Assembly (NCBI GenBank): GCA_900234795.1 | Contig: LT962688.1 | Location: 4,710,001 to 4,742,000 of the forward strand | Direction: 5' to 3' | Length of the DNA: 32,000 nucleotides | Origin: Methylorubrum extorquens | Lineage (GTDB): Bacteria > Pseudomonadota > Alphaproteobacteria > Rhizobiales > Beijerinckiaceae | Shown here: piece after piece, positions 1 to 7,808 of the stretch | How positions within the stretch are numbered: position 1 is the first letter of the stretch | How the letters are laid out: the number at the start of each line of letters is the position of its first letter | Notes under the pieces: model-generated | What the model saw: only the letters and a program-made list of their open reading frames with translations | What the model was told of the DNA's origin: nothing | The model's database searches: none | Position numbers and translations under genes: made by a program

Positions 1-801
1 CCCTACACCCATCTCGTCCTCGCCCACGGGGCGCGGCCAGCGTTGCCGGATGGCCTCGACCCCGCCCTGTGCTGGCGGGTCAACGACCTTGCCGCGTGGT
101 CTTCGCTCCATGCCGAACTCGCCCGCGGCCCCCGTACGGTCGCGGTGATCGGTGCCGGCATGGTCGGCTGCGAACTGGCCGAGGATCTGGCCCGCGCCGG
201 ACATGCCGTCACGCTTCTCGGGGCCAAGGCGCTGCCACTGCCCGAACTCCTGCCGGAGCAGGCCGGACGGCGCCTGCTGGCGGGCCTCGAAGGCGTGGGT
301 GTCCGCTACCGCGGCGAGAGCCTCGTGAGTGGTCTGAGCCGCCGGCCGGACGGCACCGTCGCGCTCGCCCTGTCGGACGGGACGAGCCTCGCCGCTGCGA
401 CCGTGATCGCCGCGACCGGCCTCGCCACGCCCTCGCGCCTCGTGCGGGGAGCGGGCCTCGCCTTTGAGCGCGGCATCGTCGTCGATCCGGCGACCTTGCG
501 CACGAGCGGGCCGGACATCTTTGCGCTCGGCGACTGCGTCAGCATAGCGGGGCGGCCCTGCCGCTTCATCGAGCCCATCGCCCGCCAAGCCGCGGTCATC
601 GCGGACGCGATCCTCGGCCGGGCTCATCCGGGCTACGCGCACGCCGCCCCGGTCATCCGCCTGAAGACCCGCTCGGCGCCGATCGCGCTGCACGGCACCC
701 CCGTCGCCGACCGCCCCTGGCACGTCGTCGAAGAGAGTGAGCACCGGCTCGCGATGGAGCAGCGGCAGGGCGGCGACGTCACCGCCTGGCTCGCGGCCTG
801 A
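1..801 (+). CDS. NAD(P)/FAD-dependent pyridine-nucleotide-disulfide family oxidoreductase (rubredoxin / flavorubredoxin (NorW) / ferredoxin-reductase-like); 5' end lies outside the window
   Basis: Frame 1 is open from base 1 (PYTHLVLAHGARP...), so the ATG at 43 is internal. Second Rossmann motif VAVIGAGMVGCELAEDL. C-terminal FAD motif DIFALGDC. Tail PVIRLKTRSAPIAL resembles rubredoxin-reductase-type enzymes. Stop at 799-801. Confidence 0.8.
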   Translation, partial: PYTHLVLAHGARPALPDGLDPALCWRVNDLAAWSSLHAELARGPRTVAVIGAGMVGCELAEDLARAGHAVTLLGAKALPLPELLPEQAGRRLLAGLEGVGVRYRGESLVSGLSRRPDGTVALALSDGTSLAAATVIAATGLATPSRLVRGAGLAFERGIVVDPATLRTSGPDIFALGDCVSIAGRPCRFIEPIARQAAVIADAILGRAHPGYAHAAPVIRLKTRSAPIALHGTPVADRPWHVVEESEHRLAMEQRQGGDVTAWLAA

Positions 802-807
802 GCCTGC

Positions 808-838
808 CGACAATGTCGACAAAGGATCGACATTGTCG
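808..838. promoter_or_regulatory. Perfect 12-bp inverted repeat (CGACAATGTCGA-caaagga-TCGACATTGTCG); RNA hairpin or DNA operator
   Basis: Read directly. Arms at 808-819 and 827-838 with a 7-nt spacer. It starts 7 nt after the upstream stop and has no T-tract after it. Confidence 0.4.
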
Positions 839-965
839 AAGGCGCGAGAACCGACTGAGCCGTCCCCAGAGGCGGCAAGTCGCTGGCCGAAAAGCAGGAA
901 TAAAAATTCCAGCGGTTGGCGCGACTGTTGCTGAGAAATTCTTACTTGCCCTGCCGGAGACCGCG

Positions 966-2327
966 ATGGCCCCGTTCGACAATCCCTTCGATGCCAAACG
1001 CCGCTTCGCACGCGGCGGCTGCTCCTGCGGTTCGCATGCGTCCCAGGCCGCGCATGAGGCGGCCCTGCCAAGCGGGGACGCCGCAATCGAGCGGGTCGTC
1101 GAGGCGACGATGATGCGGGCCCTGTTTCCGCATCAGGCCGAGCGCCGCGCCTTCCTGCGCAGCGTCGGCCTCGCGACGGCGGCGGCGGCCGTCAGCCAGT
1201 TCCTGCCGACGAAATTCGTGGCCGAGGCCTTCGCCGAAGCGGGCAAGCCGGAGAAGACCGACCTCAAGATCGGCTTCATCCCGATCACCTGCGCCACGCC
1301 GATCATCATGGCCAAGCCCATGGGCTTCTATGAAAAGCAGGGCCTCAACGTCGATGTCGTGAAGACCGCCGGCTGGGCGGTCGTGCGCGACAAGACCCTG
1401 AACAAGGAATACGACGCCGCCCACATGCTGGCACCGATGCCGCTCGCCATCACGATGGGGCTCGGATCGAACCCTGTTCCGTTCGCCGTGCCAGCGATCG
1501 AGAACGTCAACGGGCAGGCAATCTGCCTCGCGAATAAGCACAAAGACAATCGCGACCCGAAGAATTGGAAAGGATTCAAGCTCGCGATTCCGTTCGATTA
1601 CTCGAATCACAACTACTTGTTGCGCTACTACCTCGCCGAGCACGGGATCGACCCCGACACCGACGTGCAGCTCCGCTCGGTGCCGCCGCCCGAGATGGTC
1701 GCGAACCTGCGCGCCGACAACATCGACGGCTTCCTCGCGCCCGACAACGTCGTCCAGCGCGCGGTCTATGACGGCGTCGGCTTCATCCACATCCTGTCGA
1801 AGGAGATCTGGGACGGGCATCCCTGCTGCTCCTTCTCCGTGGCGCAGGACACGATCCGCGACATGCCGAACGCGACGGCCGCGATGCTGCGCGCCATCCT
1901 CCAGGCGACCGCCTACGCCTCGAAGGCGGAGAACCGCAAGGAGATCGCCGCCGCCATCGCGCCCGCGAACTACCTCAACCAGCCGCTCACCGTGGTGGAG
2001 CAGGTCCTCACCGGCACCTATGCCGACGGGCTCGGAAGCGTGAAGAAGGACCCCAAGAGGGTCGCCTTCGACCCCTTCCCCTACGAGAGCTTCGCGATCT
2101 GGACGCTGACCCAGATGAAGCGCTGGGGCCAGATCAAGGGTGATGTCGATTACGCGGCGGTCGCAAAACAGGTCTACCGCGCCACCGACGCCGCCAAGCT
2201 GATGCAGCAGGACGGACTGACCCCGCCGGGGGCCACCACCAAAACCTTCGTGGTGATGGGCAAGACCTTCGATCCGGCCAAGCCCGAGGAATACCTCGAC
2301 TCCTTCAAGATCAAGCGCGCGAGCTAA
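966..2327 (+). CDS. ABC transporter substrate-binding protein, NrtA/CmpA/SsuA family, Tat-type signal preceded by an unusual N-terminal extension
   Basis: ORF 813-2327. GGAGA lies 5 nt before ATG 966, and strong third-position GC starts there. Twin-arginine motif AERRAFLRSVGLATAAAAVSQF...AFA. Body resembles nitrate/bicarbonate/cyanate-type binding proteins. Followed by a cognate permease and ATPase. Alternative start ATG 1110. Confidence 0.85.
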   Translation: MAPFDNPFDAKRRFARGGCSCGSHASQAAHEAALPSGDAAIERVVEATMMRALFPHQAERRAFLRSVGLATAAAAVSQFLPTKFVAEAFAEAGKPEKTDLKIGFIPITCATPIIMAKPMGFYEKQGLNVDVVKTAGWAVVRDKTLNKEYDAAHMLAPMPLAITMGLGSNPVPFAVPAIENVNGQAICLANKHKDNRDPKNWKGFKLAIPFDYSNHNYLLRYYLAEHGIDPDTDVQLRSVPPPEMVANLRADNIDGFLAPDNVVQRAVYDGVGFIHILSKEIWDGHPCCSFSVAQDTIRDMPNATAAMLRAILQATAYASKAENRKEIAAAIAPANYLNQPLTVVEQVLTGTYADGLGSVKKDPKRVAFDPFPYESFAIWTLTQMKRWGQIKGDVDYAAVAKQVYRATDAAKLMQQDGLTPPGATTKTFVVMGKTFDPAKPEEYLDSFKIKRAS

Positions 2328-2331
2328 CGCC

Positions 2332-3171
2332 ATGCAACGCACGCTCTCGCTGCGCGCCAGCGTCCTCTCCCTCGCGCTTCTCGCGCTGATCCTGCTCGGC
2401 TGGCAGATCGCGGTCAGCGGCACCGCCCGCACCGAGGCCATGGACCCGGAATACGCCGCCCTGATGGGGCAGGCGGCCACCACGGGCAAGTCGGCCATGC
2501 CCGGCCCGCTGGATGTTGGGGCGACGATCTGGAAACACCTGAAGGACCCGTTCTACGACCGCGGGCCCAACGACAAAGGCATCGGGATCCAGCTCGCCTA
2601 CTCGATCGGCCGCGTGGCGCTCGGCTACGGCCTCGCGGTGCTGGTGGCGATCCCGGTCGGCTTCCTCATCGGCATGTCGCCGCTGATGAGCCGGGCGCTC
2701 GACCCGTACATCCAGATCCTGAAACCCGTCTCACCTCTCGCCTGGATGCCGCTCGCCCTCTACACAATCAAGGATTCGAGCCTGTCTGCGATCTTCGTGA
2801 TCTTCATCTGCTCGATCTGGCCGATGCTGATCAACACGGTCTTCGGCGTCGCGGGCACGCGCAAGGAATGGCTCAACGTCGCCAGAACCCTGGAGGTGAG
2901 CCCGGTCCGGCGCGCCTTCACGGTGATCCTGCCGGCAGCGGCCCCGACGATCCTCACCGGCATGCGCATCTCGATCGGCATCGCCTGGCTCGTCATCGTG
3001 GCAGCCGAGATGCTCGTGGGGGGCACCGGCATCGGCTACTTCGTCTGGAACGAGTGGAATAACCTCTCGATCACCAATGTGATCACCTCGATCCTGGTGA
3101 TCGGCCTCGTCGGCATGGTCCTCGACCAACTCCTGGCGCGCGCACAAGCCCTCGTCACCTTCCCGGAGTGA
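2332..3171 (+). CDS. ABC transporter permease (NrtB/CmpB/SsuC family)
   Basis: 279 aa, multi-pass hydrophobic. EAA-type loop ARTLEVSPVRRAFTVILPAAAP. Starts 4 nt after the binding-protein stop. Confidence 0.9.
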   Translation: MQRTLSLRASVLSLALLALILLGWQIAVSGTARTEAMDPEYAALMGQAATTGKSAMPGPLDVGATIWKHLKDPFYDRGPNDKGIGIQLAYSIGRVALGYGLAVLVAIPVGFLIGMSPLMSRALDPYIQILKPVSPLAWMPLALYTIKDSSLSAIFVIFICSIWPMLINTVFGVAGTRKEWLNVARTLEVSPVRRAFTVILPAAAPTILTGMRISIGIAWLVIVAAEMLVGGTGIGYFVWNEWNNLSITNVITSILVIGLVGMVLDQLLARAQALVTFPE

Positions 3172-4160
3172 AGCGATCTATGAGCACGCTCCTTCCGTTC
3201 GCGCGGCGCGCCCGCCGCTCCGCTTCCCAAACGGCTGATGCCGGGACCAGCCGCATGTCGACGTCTGAAAAATTCATCTCCATCGAGGGGATCGCCCGGC
3301 GCTACCCAGCGCCGGGCGGCAAGGCCACGACGATCTTCGAGAACCTGTGGCTGCCGATGCGCCGCGGCGAGTTCGTGTGCATGATCGGCCATTCCGGCTG
3401 CGGCAAGACCACGGTGCTCAACATCCTCGCTGGGCTCGATGCGCCGAGCGAGGGCGTCGTCATCGTCGATGGGCAGGGCATCACCGGCACGAGCCTCGAT
3501 CGCGCCGTGATCTTCCAGGGCCACGCCCTGCTGCCCTGGCGCAGCGTGCTCGGCAACGTCGCCTACGCGGTGTCCTCGCGCTGGCGGAAGGCGAAGCGCG
3601 CCGAGATCGAGGCGCGCGCCCGCAAGGCGATCGCTACGGTGGGACTGGCCGGCTCCGAGCACAAGCGTCCGTCGGAATTGTCGGGCGGCATGAAGCAGCG
3701 CGTCGGCATCGCCCGGGCGTTAGCGATCGAACCGAAGATCCTGCTGATGGACGAGCCGTTCTCGGCGCTCGACGCGCTCACCCGCGGCACGCTGCAGGAT
3801 GAGGTGCGCCGGATCTGCGTCGAGACCGGGCAGACGGTCTTCATGATCACCCACGACGTCGACGAGGCGATCTATCTCGCCGACCGGATCGTGTTGATGA
3901 CGAACGGGCCGGAGGCGAAGGTCGCCGAGATCGTCGAGAACCCGCTGCCCAAGAACCGCGACCGCACCCAGCTTCACCACGCGCCGGGCTACTACGCCTT
4001 GCGCAACCACCTGATCGACTTCCTCGTGACCCGCTCCCGAACCCTGCGGGACGCCATGCCCGCGGGCTACGACCCCCGCCATCCGCCGGTGGTGCGCCCC
4101 TCGCTCAGCGAGGCGGACGCCGCCGCAATCGCCGCCGAGCCGCCGGCCCGGCGAGCCTGA
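3168..4160 (+). CDS. ABC transporter ATP-binding protein (NrtD/CmpD/SsuB type)
   Basis: Walker A GHSGCGKTT, signature LSGGMKQRVGIARAL, Walker B ILLMDEPFSALD, H-loop ITHD. GTG 3168 overlaps the permease stop (GTGA). Alternative starts at ATG 3180 and ATG 3255; the latter gives the usual Walker A spacing. Confidence 0.9.
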   Translation: MKRSMSTLLPFARRARRSASQTADAGTSRMSTSEKFISIEGIARRYPAPGGKATTIFENLWLPMRRGEFVCMIGHSGCGKTTVLNILAGLDAPSEGVVIVDGQGITGTSLDRAVIFQGHALLPWRSVLGNVAYAVSSRWRKAKRAEIEARARKAIATVGLAGSEHKRPSELSGGMKQRVGIARALAIEPKILLMDEPFSALDALTRGTLQDEVRRICVETGQTVFMITHDVDEAIYLADRIVLMTNGPEAKVAEIVENPLPKNRDRTQLHHAPGYYALRNHLIDFLVTRSRTLRDAMPAGYDPRHPPVVRPSLSEADAAAIAAEPPARRA

Positions 4161-4166
4161 TCCCGG

Positions 4167-4187
4167 CGCCGACCCCTCGCGGGTCGG
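4167..4187 (+). terminator. GC-rich hairpin after the ABC operon (GCCGACCC-ctcgc-GGGTCGGC)
   Basis: 8-bp stem and 5-nt loop beginning 7 nt after the stop at 4160. No clear U-tract. Confidence 0.35.
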
Positions 4188-4532
4188 CTCCCCGGCATCC
4201 GCGAGCCCGCTTCCCGGAGCGAGCCGCTCCACCGGGTCGTCTGGATGCGGCGCCTGCGCGCCAGGTCCTGGCGGCACAATCGACGGCCGGTTCCGGCGCT
4301 GGATCGCGAAGGAGTTGTTCGAGGCTCTGATGCGGGTTCTGGCCCGCCGCCTGCGACGGCGCTGCGGATGTCGGTCCGATCCACGGTCGGCGCTCAGGTC
4401 CGCTGTTGAAGCGTGAGGCGAACTAGACGTGAAACCGTGGCTCGGAAGCGCTGAGGCACACGGCGAGATGCTGTGGTCATTCGCTTGGACCGAAATTCAC
4501 ATGGGGATCGGAGCGCAGTGAGACGGCTCGCT

Positions 4533-4556
4533 ATAATTATATTAGAAACACCTAAA
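4533..4556 (+). promoter_or_regulatory. AT-rich promoter/operator candidate: TATAAT plus 10-bp palindrome TATAATTATA plus ATTAGAAACACCTAA
   Basis: An isolated AT-rich patch in GC-rich DNA, 19-42 nt upstream of the regulator ATG. The motif recurs at 7257-7272 on the opposite strand. Confidence 0.4.
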
Positions 4557-4574
4557 CAAGGTGGATCTAACGTT

Positions 4575-4913
4575 ATGGACTGCGAGCCCGTGGATGCCGT
4601 TACGCCGACTGATCTGCTGCGCCTCCAGGACAAGGCAGCTGACGCCGCACGCCTGTTGCGGCTCCTCGCCAACGAGAAGCGCCTGCTCATCCTGTGCCTG
4701 CTGCTCGCCCGCGGTGAGATGGACGTGACGAGCCTCAGCGAGGCGGTCGATCTCAGCCAATCGGCCCTGTCGCAGCACCTCGCCAAGTTGCGTGAGGACG
4801 GGCTGGTCGCGTTTCGGCGCGAGAGCCAGACCCTGTACTACCGACTGGAGGACCCCAGGGTCGCCCGGCTGCTCGCGACCTTGAAGGATATCTTCTGCCC
4901 GGAGATCGGCTGA
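4575..4913 (+). CDS. ArsR/SmtB-family transcriptional regulator, YgaV/BigR/SqrR-like (two-cysteine persulfide-sensing type)
   Basis: wHTH TSLSEAVDLSQSALSQHLAKLREDGLV. Cys in KRLLILCLLL and C-terminal LKDIFCP, as recalled for E. coli YgaV (RLLILCML ... LKNVYCP). No CVC (alpha3N) or His-rich alpha5 metal site. AAGGTGGA precedes ATG 4575. Confidence 0.8.
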   Translation: MDCEPVDAVTPTDLLRLQDKAADAARLLRLLANEKRLLILCLLLARGEMDVTSLSEAVDLSQSALSQHLAKLREDGLVAFRRESQTLYYRLEDPRVARLLATLKDIFCPEIG

Positions 4914-5020
4914 GCGGGCCGGGCACCGCACCCCTCCGCTCGCAGCGCCGCCAATGACGCATACGGGCTCATGGCGCACCCGCGGGTCGCCGGAGCCTTA
5001 CGGGTTGGGCGCGAATGGTA

Positions 5021-6961
5021 TTAGGCCGCCGCTGTCTCGGGCTCTGCTTCGGCCGGCCCTGGAGCCAGCACCCGCATGGCGTTGAGGATGACCGCGACGT
5101 CGATGGCTTCCTGCAGCAGCGCGCCCTGAAGCGGCGTCAGGTAGCCGAAGGCTGCGGCGACCATTCCGGCGAGCGACAATCCGAGGCCGACCCACACGCT
5201 CTGAAGGGCGATGAACTTGGCTCGACGGGCAATGCGGATCGCGCCCGGAAGCGGGGCGAGGCTATCGACGAGCAGGACCACGTCGGCGGCCTCGGCCGCT
5301 GCGGCCGCGCCTCGCACGCCGAGCGCCACACCGAGATCCGCCGCGGCCAGCGCGGGGGCGTCGTTCACGCCATCCCCGACCATCATCACGGGACCTCGCG
5401 CCCGCTCGGCCGCCACCACCGCGGTCTTGTCCGCTGGATCGAGGTCGGCGGCGATGGCATCGATGGGCGCTCCCGCGACGAGTGCCTCCGCGATCACGCG
5501 CCGGTCGCCCGTCGCGAGAACGATGCGCCGGATGCCGCAGGCCCGCAGGGCCGTGAGCGTGGCGGCGCCGTCCGCCCGCAGCGGGTCCGTCAGGTGCAGC
5601 CTGCCCGCCGGGCGACCATCGACGGCCACGAGCACGGTCGCCGTCGCACCGCTCGTCGCGACCGGCTGCTCCTCGGCCGGGAAGGTCAGCCCCATCCTGC
5701 GCATCAGGCGCGGCCCCCCGACCGTGACCGATGCGCCCTCGACCGAGCCCGTCACCCCTTCCCCCGGTACCTCCTCCGCTCGTTCCGGCTGCGCGAGGTC
5801 GAGCCGCCGATTCAGAGCCTCGTCGACAAGAGCCCGCGCCGTCGGGTGGGCGGAGACTTGATCGAGGGAGGCGGCGAGCCGAAGCACCTCTGCCTCGCCG
5901 AACGGCGGGAAGGCCTCGGTGGTCGAGAGATGGGCCGTGCCCTGGGTCAGCGTACCGGTCTTGTCGATCACGAGGACGCTGACCTCGGCCAGCGTCTCCA
6001 GGGCGCCCCCGCCCTTGATCAGCACCCCGCTCCCGGCCGCCCGCGACAGGCCGGAGACGAGGGCGACCGGAACCGCGAGGATGAGCGGACACGGCGTCGC
6101 GACCACGAGGACGGCGAGGGCGCGCAGCGGATCTTGCGTGACGGCCCAGGCGCCGCCGGCGAGGGCGAGGGTGACGGCGAGGAAGGCGAGGCCGTAGCGA
6201 TCGGCCAAGCGCACCATCGGCGCCTTCTGTTCGCGCGCGGCCCCGACCAGGCGAACGATACCCGCATAGGTGCTCTCAGCTGCCCGGCGCTCGGCCACCA
6301 GCGAGAAGGGTGTCCCGACATTGACGGAGCCGCTCAGCACCGCGCCTCCCGCTTCGTGGACGACGGGCAGCGCCTCGCCGGTGAGACTTGCTTGGTCAAG
6401 CACGGCGCGACTCGCCACGACGCGCCCATCGACGGGGACGACGTCGCCGACCCGGACCAGCACGCGATCGCCCGGGACGACCGCGTCGATGGGCACCTCG
6501 TGCACGCCTTCGCTGTCCTCGCGATGCGCGGTGCGCGGCTGCCGTGACAGCAGCGCGGTCATCTCCCGGGCCGCGCGTCCCGCCGCGAAGGCTTCGAGCG
6601 CCTGACCGCCCGCGTACATCAGGGCGATGACGACGCCGGCAAGCGGCTGCGCGAGTGCGATGGCGCCGCTCATCGAGAGGAGCGCGACGAGGTCGAGGCC
6701 GACATCGCCCTTCAGGAGGCTCGTGACGACCTCACGGACAAGACTGGCGAGCACGACCAGGGTCGGGACGGTCCAGGCCCAAAAGGCAAAGTCCGGAGCG
6801 CCGAGCGCTTGTGCGGCCAACCCGGCGCAGAGCCCCGCGAGCGGAAGCGCCGCCTGCCACCGGTGCAGCGCTTGCCGCCACCAGCCGCCATCCGCAGCCG
6901 GCTCGCCTCTCGCGGTCATAGATCCTGAGCGGGTCGTGTCGAAGGGCGCTGGAACAGGCAT
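5021..6961 (-). CDS. Heavy-metal translocating P1B-type ATPase with TPCP transmembrane motif (P1B-5-like); no N-terminal HMA domain
   Basis: DKTGT at 5951-5965. TPCP at 6086-6097. TGE-type loop (SLTGEALP), GDGVNDAPAL hinge, QEAID in the last TM region. The first TM begins about 40 aa in. No GMxCxxC motif. Alternative start at Met15. Confidence 0.9.
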   Translation of the reverse strand: MPVPAPFDTTRSGSMTARGEPAADGGWWRQALHRWQAALPLAGLCAGLAAQALGAPDFAFWAWTVPTLVVLASLVREVVTSLLKGDVGLDLVALLSMSGAIALAQPLAGVVIALMYAGGQALEAFAAGRAAREMTALLSRQPRTAHREDSEGVHEVPIDAVVPGDRVLVRVGDVVPVDGRVVASRAVLDQASLTGEALPVVHEAGGAVLSGSVNVGTPFSLVAERRAAESTYAGIVRLVGAAREQKAPMVRLADRYGLAFLAVTLALAGGAWAVTQDPLRALAVLVVATPCPLILAVPVALVSGLSRAAGSGVLIKGGGALETLAEVSVLVIDKTGTLTQGTAHLSTTEAFPPFGEAEVLRLAASLDQVSAHPTARALVDEALNRRLDLAQPERAEEVPGEGVTGSVEGASVTVGGPRLMRRMGLTFPAEEQPVATSGATATVLVAVDGRPAGRLHLTDPLRADGAATLTALRACGIRRIVLATGDRRVIAEALVAGAPIDAIAADLDPADKTAVVAAERARGPVMMVGDGVNDAPALAAADLGVALGVRGAAAAAEAADVVLLVDSLAPLPGAIRIARRAKFIALQSVWVGLGLSLAGMVAAAFGYLTPLQGALLQEAIDVAVILNAMRVLAPGPAEAEPETAAA

Positions 6962-6970
6962 GCCACGCGA

Positions 6971-7177
6971 TCAAACGCGACCAGCTCGTCCGAGGCAAGA
7001 TGGGGTCATGCCCCCCGCTCCGGAGAGCGCCAGCGTTGCGGCGTTGGCCTCGGGCTTCCGCTCGATGTCCGACGTCGCATCGAGCTCGCGCAGCAGGCTG
7101 CCGCTGGCCTGCGGGTGCTCAGCATGCCAGCGGATGCTCGCATCGAACTCGGCAGCGATGCGCTGGTTGTCGCGCAT
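6971..7177 (-). CDS. Hypothetical small protein (68 aa from ATG 7177; 79 aa from GTG 7210) directly upstream of the ATPase gene
   Basis: Strong third-position GC bias over roughly the first 50 codons (cgc gac aac cag cgc atc gct gcc gag ttc ...) that decays near the 3' end. Stop lies 10 nt before the ATPase ORF start. I recognise no family. Confidence 0.3.
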   Translation of the reverse strand: MRDNQRIAAEFDASIRWHAEHPQASGSLLRELDATSDIERKPEANAATLALSGAGGMTPSCLGRAGRV

Positions 7178-7240
7178 CTGTGTGAAGCGAAACCCGCTCC
7201 GCCGTCTCACGGATCGTCGGGCGTCTCCTTCTTCACGGTA

Positions 7241-7273
7241 AATTAGATATTGCTAATTAAGTGTCATCTAATT
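7241..7273. promoter_or_regulatory. AT-rich inverted repeat AATTAGAT-N17-ATCTAATT in the divergent promoter region
   Basis: Arms at 7241-7248 and 7266-7273. The minus strand reads CATAATTAGATGACACTTAA, which resembles 4533-4556. It lies between the minus-strand small ORF/ATPase and the plus-strand YeeE/YedE genes. Confidence 0.45.
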
Positions 7274-7379
7274 ATGGCTCGGTTGGACGCGGGGGCATCC
7301 GGCCCAAACGACGCCGCAGCCTGCTTACGGAGCCCATAGCGCCCGCAGGTTTGTCCCTGTGGGTTTGGGAGAGATCACC

Positions 7380-7805
7380 ATGGACGGCTTCAAGCCACTC
7401 AGCGCCACCCTCGGCGGCGTCATGATCGGCGCCGCCGCTGCCCTGTTCCTGCTTCTGAACGGACGGATCGCCGGCATCAGCGGCATCCTCGGCGGTCTGC
7501 TCGCCCATCCGTCTCGCGAAACGGGATGGCGGGCCGCCTTCCTGGCCGGTCTGGTCCTGGCACCGCTGGTCTATGCCGGACTGGGAGGAAGCTTGCCGCC
7601 GGTGACGGTTGATGCCTCGTTCCCGCTCCTGGCGGTCGCGGGCCTGCTGGTCGGGTTCGGCGCGCGCCTCGGGGCCGGCTGCACCAGCGGCCACGGCGTC
7701 TGCGGCATCGGTCGCGGCTCGCCCCGCTCCCTCGCCGCCACTGGCACCTTCATGGCCATCGCCATCCTCACCGTCTTCGTCACGCGTCATCTGCTCGGAG
7801 CCTGA
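7380..7805 (+). CDS. YeeE/YedE family sulfur-compound (thiosulfate-type) transporter half-protein (PmpA-like)
   Basis: Four hydrophobic segments. Conserved GAGCTSGHGVCGIGRGS motif. GGGAGAG lies 7 nt before ATG 7380 (the ORF track starts at GTG 7359). Confidence 0.85.
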   Translation: MDGFKPLSATLGGVMIGAAAALFLLLNGRIAGISGILGGLLAHPSRETGWRAAFLAGLVLAPLVYAGLGGSLPPVTVDASFPLLAVAGLLVGFGARLGAGCTSGHGVCGIGRGSPRSLAATGTFMAIAILTVFVTRHLLGA

Positions 7806-7808
7806 GCC

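Noticed and set aside
942-2498. Very long ORFs antisense to, or out of frame with, the called genes. Examples: 942-2498(-), 5015-6547(+), 5262-6092(-), 7272-8396(-), 17879-18703(+), 18806-19612(+), 19404-20525(+), 19522-20601(-), 21239-22465(-), 26201-27040(+), 28913-29611(-), 29280-30392(+), 31008-31793(+).
   Set aside because: These are typical high-GC artefacts. Their translations are Arg/Gly/Pro/Ala-rich low-complexity strings with no motifs. Each overlaps a gene on the other strand or frame that has clear family motifs and proper GC3 periodicity.
4482-4500. SqrR-type operator ATTC-N8-GAAT upstream of the ArsR-family gene (cATTCgcttggaccGAAATTC).
   Set aside because: The spacing and right half do not fit (ATTC-N9-GAAA). 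The AT-rich motif at 4533-4556, which recurs at 7257-7272, is the better-supported candidate.
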